Origin: Callorhinchus milii | Lineage: Eukaryota | Length of the DNA stretch: 54,228 bases | Assembly (NCBI RefSeq): GCF_018977255.1 | Contig: NW_024705328.1 | Coordinates: 1 to 54,228, forward strand | Direction: 5' to 3' | Translations under genes and position numbers: made by a program | Shown here: positions 11,630 to 23,400 of the stretch, piece after piece | Layout: each line of letters opens with the position of its first letter | Numbering within the stretch: position 1 is the first letter of the stretch | The notes under the pieces: model-generated | Seen by the model: the letters and a program-made list of their open reading frames with translations, nothing else | The model's database searches: none | What the model was told of the DNA's origin: nothing

Positions 11630-13522
11630 CATTGTGTAACAATTTTTTTTGTTGCTGGGTAGTAAGTGTTATTTCCTAATTGCTTATGCCTCAAAAGTAG
11701 AGAAAATGGTTATTATTTCCCACAAATTTTGCTTATGTGACCAGGAGAGTGATATTTTTCAATTGACCTATTTTCCAGAACATTCCAGATAGATTCAGTG
11801 CTGAGTAAAGAACATTCTAGAACTATCCAGTAATATAAATAGTATAAATACAGGGGCACTAAGCCTACGAGTTCAGTTTAGTTCCAGCTGCCGAAGTGGA
11901 TACATATCTGCATTTTTCTGAGATGGCATCAAGAGGCTGCAAGCATCCAGCAGACGCATTTTGCTATGTCTGTGGCCAATTTATCAAGACAAGAGCGAAA
12001 AAGTAGTCTGTGGAAGCATCTGCTAAGATGTGTGAGGCCTACAAGGCATATTTCGGCATGCCTGTCGGGGATCAAGACAAACCCTGGGCACCTCATTTCA
12101 CCTGCGAGCAATGCAAACAAACTCTGGAAGGTAAGATGGACAATTATTGCTTGGAATTTTATGTTATAAAATTTGTTTAAAATTGTCAAAGTTTAATTTT
12201 TTAATGTTTTACAATTTTCAATGTTATTAAAAAATATATATATATCAAATATGAAAAATGTTGCGAGAATCTCTTACACATTAGTCATGGGTGAAATAAA
12301 TGAATTTTTGTAGGATGGTACAGAGGGGAAAATAGAGCCATCAGAATCGCCTGCAATCAGAATGAGTGGCGCCTCTTCATTGACAGCTCATCCAGGAGCC
12401 TCAAAGCCGTGCTGCTCCATAATGGTAACAAGTACCCGTCTCTTCTCCTGGCTCACTCGGTGCACCTCAAAGAGGATTACAACAGCATCAAGACCTTGCT
12501 GGATGCCTTGAAGTATGATGAGTACGGCTGGGAGGTCATCGGAGACTTCAAAATGGTGGCATTCCTGATGGGTCTCCAAGGCGGTTTTACCAAGTTTCCC
12601 TGCTATCTTTGCCTTTGGGACAGCAGGGACACCAAGGCGCACTACCACAGGCGGGACTGGCCACAGCGGACCGAGTTCTCTGTGGGGAGGAACAACGTCA
12701 AGTGGGAGCCACTGGTGGACCCCCGGAAGGTGCTGATGCCACCACTGCACATCAAATTGGGCCTTATGAAACAATTTGTCAGAGCTGTAGATAAGGAGTC
12801 GGCAGCCTTCAAGTACCTTCAAGACTTCTTCCCTAAGCTGTCTGAGGCAAAGGTCAAAGCCGGTGTCTTCGTCGGACCACAGATAAAGAAGATCCTGGAG
12901 TGCAATGAATTCCCCAAGAAGCTCACTAGTAAGGAGAAAGCAGCTTGGAACAGCTTTGTCGCAGTGGTTCGTGGCTTCCTGGGCAATCACAAGGTCGAAA
13001 ACTATGTGGAGCTGGTTGAGACTGGTGAAGAACTACGGCACAATGGGCTGTAGGATGTCCCTCAAAGTCCATATCCTTGATGCTCATCTTGATAAATTCA
13101 AGGAGAACATGGGAGCGAACTCGAAGGAGCAAGGCGAGCGCTTCCACCAGGATATACTGGACTTTGAACGCCGCTACCAAGGACAGTATAACGAGAACAT
13201 GGGAGACTACATTTGGGGCTGATTCGTGAAAGTGATTTACAGTATAATCGTAAATCTCGAAAAACTACTCACTTCTAAATCTTTTGTAGTCATTTTTGTA
13301 TTACTTTAGTATAAATACATGTGAATTTTGATTCATATGTTTTTTTTCTGACTTGATGTGAACGAAAAGACACAAATTCGCCCGTTTTCTCATCAAAATA
13401 TCACTGTCCTGGTCACAAAAGCAAAGTTTGTGGGGAATAATAGCCATTTTATATACTTTTTAGGCATAAGCAATTACGAAATAACACTTACGACCCAGGA
13501 ACAAAAATTGTGTTACGTAGTG
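11630..13522 (+). mobile_element. Chapaev3-type (CMC superfamily) DNA transposon, defective
   Basis: ~130-bp imperfect terminal inverted repeats (TIRs; CATTGTGTAAC... / ...GTTACGTAGTG), 3-bp TAA duplication at 11627-11629 and 13523-13525, and an internal transposase pseudogene. Confidence 0.88.
11923..13278 (+). pseudogene. Chapaev3 transposase pseudogene with one intron (12131-12313)
   Basis: Exon 1 reads MASRGCKHPADAFCYVCGQF..KK*SV..DQDKPWAPHFTCEQC (in-frame TAG at 12004). GT-AG intron. Exon 2 reads WRLFIDSSSRSLKAVLLHNGNKYPS..GDFK..CYLCLWDSR..PPLHIKLGL..SLKVHILDAH..EQGERFHQD. Frameshifts at ~13020 and ~13215; probable internal deletion near 12340. Confidence 0.88.
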
Positions 13523-15189
13523 TAATGAAATGCAAAAATGTACCAAGCTGGAATATTCAGTGAGGTGTTAATCACACATTGCAAGCATAAGCAACCTTCA
13601 TAATGAGTCTCAAAACTCGGTGATGCTTATTATTTAAAATATTGCATAATGCGAGAGTTAGTTTTTTTCATTGAAGAGTCACCTTTCGGCATTAGCCATC
13701 GATCAAAAGTAGCATCCTGGGAATTAGTAAACACCAAATCTCTAGAGCGCTTAATAAGCCATCTTACATATGAGTTGTATTCCCCTCAGGTGCATGTGCG
13801 GCGATGATTATCTGCTGATCGAGACATAAAGGCAAGGTTCTTACCAAAAACAATCTCGATGATAAGGAACATTTGACAAAAATGAAGCACCGGGCTATTT
13901 AACTCCTAAGATTCACATTAAGAGCTCGGATACTGATACAGGCAATTAACTTATAATTGATTTTATCATTTAAATTATTCATGTCAAGTAATAAATATCA
14001 CAGTTCAGCTACTTAGTTATTTATAAAATAAATCAAAGCTTGATTTCATAGGCTTAATTATTTATGCCTGACTGCAAAGGCAAGAGTGTTGATATGATCG
14101 TACTTTCAATGCATTTATGTTTTTTTGTGTGGATGAGGCTTTCTTGCAATATCTGTAAAAGTCAAAGTGTGCTCAGCTGCTTTGGTTGCCCGTCCATTAT
14201 TTTCAAATTCCACAGTTCTATGACGGGAGCCAGCCTCCTCACTGGACAACTGCCGACTGCCCAAAAAGATGCCATTCACTTTATTGCCTCTGTAGAGATG
14301 ATGGACAGAATTGCAACGAGTGTGAGTAGAGATTTCCAACTGCAGTGCCACGCCCAGTCTCATGGAAACAGATCATTTGGCGATGCTGCGTTGGCACCAC
14401 AATTCACAACGTGCCATAAAGACGGGCCATTGGCCAAAACGTCGCCAGCTATATATTTTGCATTTGAAGGCCACAGCGTTATTGATGAATTTGTTGAGTT
14501 TCTTTTTTCTTTTATTAATCAGTGTTATAGACGTAATCATAAGAACATCAGGAAGGTTACACAAACGAGATGTACGGGGGCATTTCGTCCATCTGGCTCG
14601 TTTGGTTGTGAGTAGTTGCTCGAAGATTCTAGGATCTCATCGAGGAGTCTCTTGAAGAGTCCCAGCAGTGAGAAGCTGCCACCGCCACCACCACCGAGTT
14701 GCGTGGGCAGCTGGTTTGAGGCTCCGCCACCCTGCGCATGAAACACAACCGCCTCCCTCCTGGCCTCGCTCCACCGTGACCTCTACTGCTCTTCTTGTCC
14801 GTGTTGAGCTGGTTAGCAATCGTCATCCGGATCGACTTGGTTACTATTATTTATGATTTCATGGAACTGGATTAAGTCCCCACAGATTTTTCTCTCTCGA
14901 CTAATATATCTGTATTTTGAGCAAATGAGTCATTGCCATCGATTGTTTCTCAGTGACTGGACATTTGCAACTCATGGTGCATAACTGACATGCATTTGTT
15001 ACTCGATAAGGCTACATATCAATTGGAACCCAGCACTTGTGGGATATTTTGTCTACTTTTTATGAAATTCAATGTAAAGCAGTCAGATTGATTGATGATG
15101 CAGAACTCAGTGAATCACTCCAGCCACCCACTCAGCAGTGACCAGTCGCTTGCGTATCACTATTCTATTGCTAAAACAACAGTTACTTA

Positions 15190-15290
15190 GAGCTTGCATG
15201 TTCTCCCCGTGGTCCCGTGGATATTTTTCTCCGGGTCCTCCGGTTTTTCCCTCCACATTTAGACACATGCGTTGAGATTATTTAGAACAC
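15190..15290 (+). mobile_element. V-SINE central-domain fragment
   Basis: agcttgcatgttctccccgtgg..ttctccgggtcctccggtttttccctccaca..agacacatgc matches the V-domain consensus as I recall it. Confidence 0.75.
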
Positions 15291-15451
15291 ATTCCTGCGG
15301 AGGGAGCTGGTAGGAACGTTGGGTTGCTCGGTCAATGGCCAGGGTCAACGGCAGCGTGGTGTATTCCGCAAATATGGGCGACTGTGAGGGCGGGCACAAG
15401 CCGGCGTGAGTAGGTTAAACGTTGAGTTTTATAAGGGCACCACGGGGTGAC

Positions 15452-15592
15452 CAGCCCCTTCCCACCCAGCCCCACCCCTCCCACCCCCACCCAGCCCACC
15501 CTCCCCACCCAGCCCCTCCCCACCCTCCCCACCCAGCCCCTCCCCACCTTCCCTCCCCACCCAGCCCCTCCCTCCCCACCCAACCCCTCCCC
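15452..15592. repeat. C-rich low-complexity tract (CCCACCCAGCCCCT variants); G-quadruplex-prone on the minus strand
   Basis: Dense runs of three or more C over ~140 bp. Confidence 0.9.
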
Positions 15593-16080
15593 GCGTCTAT
15601 ACCGTACTATATACTGCAGTATATAGTATAGACGCGTGTGATGTAAGAGAATAAAGTTTAGATGGAAGCATATTATATAATTTTTTACAACGTAGAAATT
15701 TTTATGTATTACTTACTGTTAGTAACTCAGCTTATTGTAGAGTATAGTAAGTATACTGATGATGCTATGTAGTTTATACTTTAGTTTGTTATGCAGTTTA
15801 TACTTTAGTTTTTTACGTGGTTGTTTAGTAACTGCAGCTACATACTATTAACATTCCTTTCCTTTGTTAATGCTACCCCCCTCCCCCCCCCCCCTTTGAT
15901 GCTGCTAATCCTGCATAATGCACGGGCATAGTATTGATTTGGAACCCCCCCCCCGCCCACCTCCTACGCATTTTCCATATGCTGAATTCCTCTTGATATG
16001 CAATTATTTTGTTTAGGCGCTCTTCTTCCCACCTCCCCCCCTCTAACCCAGCTTAAATATACGCTCCAAGCTTGGTGGTG

Positions 16081-16210
16081 TTTCATTCTTCGCCTGAGGA
16101 CGGCTGCTTGCGTTGTGGCCGAAACGTCGTGAGAATTGTTTTATTATGTTTTATTTTTATTATTTTATTACTTCCCTTCTACGTGACTTTACCGAAAGAA
16201 CCAAGAAGAT
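16081..16210 (+). mobile_element. Penelope-like pLTR copy
   Basis: Near-identical reverse complement of 3468-3590; ends at ccaagaagat. It may extend further left. Confidence 0.8.
16086..16136 (+). ncRNA. Minimal type I hammerhead ribozyme motif
   Basis: TTCGC-CTGAGGA-C-GGCTGC-ttgcgtt-GTGGCC-GAAACGTC-GTGAG. Confidence 0.8.
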
Positions 16211-16293
16211 ATAGAGGCATCGTCAGGGTCGGGATCGAACCTACGATCCCCTGTACACCGGCGAGGTAGTTAACATCTCGCCACCGTGCCACC
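16211..16293 (-). mobile_element. tRNA-like head of a family 2 SINE
   Basis: Minus strand ggtggcacggtggcgagatgttaactacctcgcc..gtaggttcgatcccgac has A and B boxes and matches 47541-47610. Confidence 0.75.
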
Positions 16294-16589
16294 AAAGCTG
16301 CAGGTCACAACTCTTATCTTTCTGCTTCTTCCCTCGCACTGCTCCACTTGGAATTCCCTCCCTATCCTTGATTAATGCGATAAAGCCATTACATTTGAGC
16401 ATTACACCTGCAATAGTGCAGTTTGTTGCTGGCTGATTAGCATTTTGGGCATTTTAGCCTGTGCTCAGCAACCGTGATTTGAACATAATACTTGGTAAGA
16501 AATGAAAGTGGTTACCGCATGAGGTGGAATCCCTGTTCCCTCAAATGCTTCTGCATCCCTCCCCTTATCGCTACTCAACCAGGCCACTT

Positions 16590-16700
16590 GCATTGTGGCC
16601 CAATCGCACGGCTCACAAGCTGAAGGTAGCGAATTCAAATCCAGATCAGGAGTCGACTCAGCCCAGCATACCTCCACGGTCAATAAATTGTGAATCACTC
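16590..16700 (+). mobile_element. Old tRNA-derived SINE fragment
   Basis: Degenerate B box (gaattcaaatcc) followed by gagtcgactcagccc, related to the family 1 core. Confidence 0.45.
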
Positions 16701-17372
16701 TGATGAAACAACAATAGCTGTCTTAAGTTATGGTAAAATATTTTCAGCCAAAAAGTTGATTAACTCGGCTATGGCTGCGACCACATTGCTTCTGTACTGA
16801 TCTCGAAATGCACACAAAAGTAAGAACTCCACCGTTTAATATTCAGGTCTGTGTAAGTTATAACCTAAAGTATACCTATTTTACATGAACAAAGTAATGT
16901 ATTCCACCAAAATCAATTACTTACTTGAATAAATCAATTTCAATTATCAAACATTCATATATTAATATCAAACAATGAATGTCCTCGATTATCCTTTCAA
17001 ATATTTATACCAAGTTGCCCTTATCGAAAATGTAATTAGTTGCATCAAGAAATGAACAACTAATATTACTTACTCTATTATTTTTACAGTAATCCATCCA
17101 CATGGCATGCTATTTGTAGTATTCAACTCCCAATCAGCAGGTTGTAAGTTCATACGCATAGTGTGGGTTGATTCATCCCGTGATACCAGCATTATTAATT
17201 GAAACACATGCCCCTTTGCAGGAATCCAAGCTATCATTCTGCTAAAGAAACCGGCCAATCCCATGCGAATGCGGAATATTTGCGACCGAGACTGTGCCAC
17301 CATCAGTGGAGATGAGTGCCACTTGACGCTTGTTTGATCATGGAGACCCTTTGCTTTTATTGCCGGGCATTG

Positions 17373-17402
17373 NNNNNNNNNNNNNNNNNNNNNNNNNNNN
17401 NN
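17373..17402. other. Assembly gap (30 N)
   Basis: Run of 30 n characters. Confidence 1.
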
Positions 17403-20400
17403 ATCGATTTGGCCACTTTGTAGTGTGAGTTTCTCGGAAAGAACCGGACTCTAGCTGCGAGTCGTGAGCAACTTAGGACGCAATCTAAATAACTTATGAC
17501 CGCTTTACGTGCCTCAAGGAAGGCTACTGAAGACGATTGGCAGTGTTAGCGGCCAATTTAGAATTAAAGTCTGACCGCAGTGTTACTAAGGACGATTCAG
17601 GCTTGCATCTAATAGGAGTCTTAGGTCGGCGTATACTAATACATGGTATAGGGATTCGCCAGCGGCTTTCGTTCAACGCCCTTCTCCTCGTCCCATCAGA
17701 GTGATCGACCCAGTTTTGCTGTTTAGAGTAACGCGGCAGGCGCGCACCCGGCACTCGTACATAAAACGCTCAAGCGTATATTGCGAGGCAAGGTGCGACC
17801 TTTTCGGGTAGCTCAACAATAAGCGGGCGGGCAAATGCCTTAAGCGACGCTTGCTACAGACTTACGAGGCGTGTCGTTCCGAAACCTGGCTTCAACATCT
17901 TGCGAATCTTTAAGCTGGTAGTACGGGATCGTGATAGAGCCCGATCGCAATTCCAACGCTTAGATAATGGTGACACACACCAGACCTCTGGACTGACGTT
18001 CGGACGGATATAATAAACGGGGATCCGAAGGAAATCTTAGCACAAGCAGGGAGAAATGAAACTGGTGCGCGATATTGTAGTCCCATCCCGATCGTCTAAA
18101 ACTCATGCCTCGCGCCTGACGTGCAAAAAACGGTTAAAATGCACGAATCCTACGGTGGTCTGGTCGACAATTCCTACTTGTTACAGGGATAAATCGTTAA
18201 GGGAGCTTCGGAGCAGTAGCAAAGCCTAAATGTGGGAGCTGAATAGCTCTTAAGGCAATCGCCCTTTATACCTCCACATGCGTGCCCATTGGGCTTCAAG
18301 GCCTTGACCGCAGACCTTTCGGTTGCGCTTCATAGCTCTCGGCGGGGCCTCCACAGGAGTGAGCACGCTTCCTGTAATACTTGGGGCAACTTTCAGTGTA
18401 TCGATATGTCGGGGCGAATTCAACAACTTAGCTTAGGGCGGGCCCAATTGCAAAACGCCAAGCGTATCGAAATCTGTGTTGGGGAGACAGCAGAGTCTGA
18501 GTAAGTCAGCGTAGAGTCCCAACATAGCATAGGGGTGAGAAATTGTTGGGCGTCGGGAGATCGCAACACCAGGGTCTCGGATTGTCCGGGAACCAGTGAT
18601 GTTGAGACGGGGAGCACAGTTGAATGTCTAATGCGGAGTGTTAAATCAGGTCGTGGCGCGCCGTGATGAGAAGACATAAACCGACGTTTTTGCTCGAACC
18701 TCATTTCCTGGGCCGGAGTAGATTCTATAAGACTTCCAGATTTGGATCGTGAAGATCACACTGCCCGACTCCTGCCGTATATCATAAACTAGCAGAGAAC
18801 ACTTATTCGACAGAGTTTTGGTAGGTGTTCCGTGCAAGCGTGTACTGTTCGGAGGAATAGTCTGGATTAGCGTCCCTAGTCGCTGGCCGACTCGCGATCT
18901 TTGGCTCATTAGCGAGCGTTTCTATGTGAAATTTCTGCGCCACTCAATGGCCAAACTGGAATAAGATATTCTAGCTTCACCGGTGCACCATTTATAGGGC
19001 GTGTTGCCACACATCGTGGGTAGGGGAATGCCTTTGTTACTCTTTTGCTAGTGTTGAAGAGTACTAATGCCGACAATTCTCCTCGGTATCAGTGCGATCT
19101 ATCCGGTGCTGTGAAGATTACATGTTATTAATTTGCCCGACCTGTAAGATCGTCGGGCGATCATACAGATGAGAAGGGGCGAGGGAAGAGCTTACGTCTC
19201 GCATGGCCGGTGCAAAGCCGGCTTTATCTCCATCATCGGGCTACAGGCTGGAGCATCCGTGACACGAGGGGTAACAAGCAAGAAAACCATCGACAGTAGG
19301 ATTCCGGGCCATTGCCCCGCGTAGCGCACGCGGTCCTGTCCACCACAACTGCCTCCTGTTTCCCTGGCGAACTGACTTAATCTATTGATAGCCAGCGGAG
19401 CGTTGACCCTTACACCTCCATGTATCAGTATACGCTTAAAGTTAGAATTCTTAACAGGAACGGAATGTTCGGAGCAAACTTTATTTATTTGTGATTCGAA
19501 ATTGAAACATAAAACTGGATTTATGCTACGGTTGGGTATGTGAACTGTGTAGGTAGCGATCTCTGAACATGTTTTTACACCTATGGCGTCAGAAACAATT
19601 AAAGCTGATTACCAGTGGATCTTAGGGCTATCTGTCTCACTTTTTGGTAGTTCAAACGAGCCGGCCTTGGGACAACCGTAACTTGAGCTCGCCGGGCCAT
19701 ACCTGGGGGACGAGGTAGTGTTCACCATTGGGAGTCCGTGCGAGCGAGAAAAAGACGTCACCCCTCATCTCACTACCTTCGCGAGGCTCTTAAGTAGAGG
19801 AGCTTGACGCATAGGCAGCTGAGGCGGTTTCCAGGTACGCAAAACAGCATACGTGTACATGACTATCGTACATAACTGATACACTTGGCAACTACAGTAG
19901 CACAATCGTTCCGAGTGGGCCTGTTTTCCAGGTTTCCAGTCGTATCGAAGGAACTGACATCTGGGTTCTAATCGTAACGAGCGACTTCACCGGGGGATGG
20001 CCTTCTTGTCCCACGACGTGGGGTAATATCTTTTTTAGTACCCAGGTATGCATGCCGATGTGGCCTTTGAGATCGCACCGGTAAAGAACCGAAGCTCTTG
20101 AACGGGCCGATCCTCTGTGAAGGGGACAATTATTCGATTAAACGCGGGTGACCACCCGATTATGAATACCACGTACAAATCCGGCATCCAGAAGACGATG
20201 TCGGGTCCTCCCGCGAAAGTCCGGAGTCGCCTGGCAGGCCAGCAAGCGACAGTCACGATATAACGTATCATATTCCGGTAGCGTCAAGTAAGAGCCCGAG
20301 ATAGGAAAAACTGGATGATTCACAAATGAGAGGATTAGTACAGAACTACCACGCTATCCAGCTAAATGCATGATCGCATGGGATACAAGTGCGATAGATT

Positions 20401-23400
20401 TCGTCGATAGTACTCGCTGATTTTAAGGTGCATAGCGGCCCGCTCAGACGTGTACTACACAGCTAGAGCAGACGGAACGATCTTACGCGTCGAAGGGCAC
20501 GCAATGCGACATGGGTGAGCGAGTAATGTTCTGCAAATCTGATTTAAAGCATGGAACTTTTTCCAGACAGCCCCAAACAAAGAGACTTTACTCTGGTAAG
20601 AGGTGCGCTCAACGATAACACTCGCAAATTCCGGGGGAGGCCAGTCGCTCCACCCAAACAAGCTGTGATGCGACACCTAAGGTGTATCAATGTACTGACA
20701 GGAAGTGTACGTAAAGTAGTGAATTGTGTGGCCTCACCTAGAATCTGTTCGGATCCTGCAGGTCCTCTAAGGAGGGCCGATGCGATGTTCGTGATTAGGG
20801 CCGCGAACCTTCAAACAGTTTGAATTAATGCAAAAGTTAGGAAGACTTAACGTATCCTTCATGTGGGTGAGCCGAAGGCAGGTGGATAAGGCTAGTACCT
20901 CAGAGGGAGACGAGCTGGACGGAGTCGATCTTTTGTTTGCCTATCGCTCTCCGACTAAAATCTATGATGCGAATAGTCAGTGTTTATTCCTACAACCTGC
21001 TGTCATCACCCCATAAACTATGTGAGTGTCGAAGACCAGCTATCGTCGCGGAACGTGTTACTTGTGCGAACTCGGGGGACACCAATACAAAGATGCTCCC
21101 TGGTCTATCACTCTAAAACAGGAGACCGCAAAATGCATCTTCCGGCCAAGGTCGCGCGCAAGTCATGAAGCGTGTTGTCTTCGGTGCTTGCCCCAGACAC
21201 GGGGAGCGCGTCGACGGTACTGTAGTTGTTGCGTAGGTTTATGATCTGGTTAGTGAATACTCATCATCACATTCATACAGTGGACACATCAATTTCTATG
21301 GAAGAGATCCTCTGCATCCATGTGGTTACGAGGTGGGGTGCTACGTCCATATCGCCAAATGTAAAAATGCGAGTATCCTTGTCCGTAGGTCTTTTACCCC
21401 GCGCTAGGATTTGAAGATAACATTACCGCGCCGCTGAGTCTAGACATGACGCGTAAATGCAATTTGGCTTGAAGCATTCTTTTTTCCCGACAGCCGACGC
21501 CGAAAGGAGCGGAGATAGCGTAAGGCCAGGCACTACGTACCGAACTGCATGCTAGGCCCAAGGACTAACCAGAAAGCAGGGCAAGACGACAGCTAAACTG
21601 GATGTTGGTTCGTGAGGACGCGTTTAAAACAGAGAGTACTCTTCAGCCGCCTAGGTTATAAGAAAATAATACGTATTCGAGTACCGGGTATAGAATTTTC
21701 GTACGGGAGAGGAGTCATTCTAATCGCCATCTGGACTGCTTCTCAAGATGACCGTACCTCGAGGAACCGAGGATCGAGACTCAGGCGGTTTCAGTCGGGG
21801 AACTCTAACGCATGCTCCTGACAAGCGGCCGTGGCGCTGATAATGTTTCCGAGTTGCTGTCACGGACTTGGCTACCGACTTGATTAGGGACCGGTAGCTC
21901 CAGGTGGAGACGAACGAGACGGGAATGGTCGTTTAGTGCAATTTGTGGTCGTAAAAGTGCTTAGGTGAAAACCGAACAGGCAGAAATATGTCGCTTGGGA
22001 TGTACGTGATGTACCTTTACATAGGCATGAAGGCTTTGCTACTGCTAATACAATTCACTAAAGGAGTAGTAATCGGCCAAAAACGGCTCAACCCCCCAGC
22101 TTGCATATAGGTGGTGAACCCTATCTCTAGTGATTACAGTAATGTGTGTTAGGCCCTTCATAGGACCGCATTGAGGCCTCCAGCATACCGGCGCCCCGCA
22201 CAGGTGGACAATTTAGAAGTAGGTAAGGCCAACTCCCCTCAAACCTACTAAGCGACGAGGGAGCGAGCACTTTCCTATTGACACTGCAGGCATCAGAGCG
22301 AATAATGAGCACTAGGGAACCCATGAACAGCAGGAAAGAGGTATTTCCGTTCCGGATTACCTGCGGTCGGTGGCTTTGTGAATGGCACTCCCATCGGGGA
22401 CCTGGTGCACCGTGGCTACACGGACGTACCATAAGCACGATGCTTGCGAAGCAATTGGTCCTGCTCGGATTGCGTAAGCGCACTGGACGCGCCGCAGCCT
22501 CGAGAGTGGACGCTCTATCAGGCGCTACAACAACATCTATGTACTAGAGAGATGTTCACAGTTGTTTGTTTCGAAACCGCGAAACTTTGCTTGTAGTGGG
22601 TGTGAACTTCGAAGAAGCGCGAGGAATATTGGCAAGACCAAAAAAAAGTCCCTATCGTCGTCCGATAAACTATTCAAACCCCCTAACACACTCAATTCAT
22701 TGGTAACGATGAATTAACCAAAGAGCGGCCCGTAGGAGTAAACGTGGGAAACTAGCCGTGTACCCGTGGGAGTGGACGCTAGTGCAGTGCCGAAACGCTA
22801 CTTCCTGCCCCTGCCGTTTTGTCGATTGCTTGACAAGTAGAGGCTTTTTAGCCTGCCACATGCGAAGACGGCGTGATAGAGTAAATAATTTCTACCGACA
22901 TATGAGTACAATAATAAACCATGGCGCATAAGGAATCACCGGAAGTTGACCCCATCAGTCATGATCCGGTAATATGCGTGAACCCAACGGGATCAAACGC
23001 TTACCACGTCGAGATAGTTAAACGATTCAATTTATCAGATGTTCGCAGAGTACTCCTTTACCTTCACCGTACTCGACGTCGACGACGTGACGCGAGGAGA
23101 ATGTTAACCGAGATTGCGCTTATAACTGAGTTTTTCATAATATTGTCTCGATTAAAAAACAACCATTCGGCGCCATACCGTTAGCGTTAGGTTCAGTTCC
23201 TATGGTACACGACTTTTACGAATGGCGCGAGCGGGGGTTACCGTTGAGGCCGTTTTGTGGCCCTCAACACGTTGACAGGGGTCAGAGTCGGTCGGATTCT
23301 GATGGGCAAGGGCTGGGTCTGACTGTTTTTGAACAGTGGGGTGTTGGCAAGTAATCGAATAGGGCGAGGTATGAGTTCACCAACCGACTAAACGTGAGAC

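Noticed and set aside
12388..12990. 200-aa minus-strand ORF
   Set aside because: Antisense shadow of the Chapaev3 transposase.
14064..14615. 183-aa plus-strand ORF
   Set aside because: No recognisable motifs and lacks the GC3 bias of the real exons.
15332..15631. Gly-rich and Pro/His-rich ORFs
   Set aside because: Translations of the C-rich low-complexity tract.
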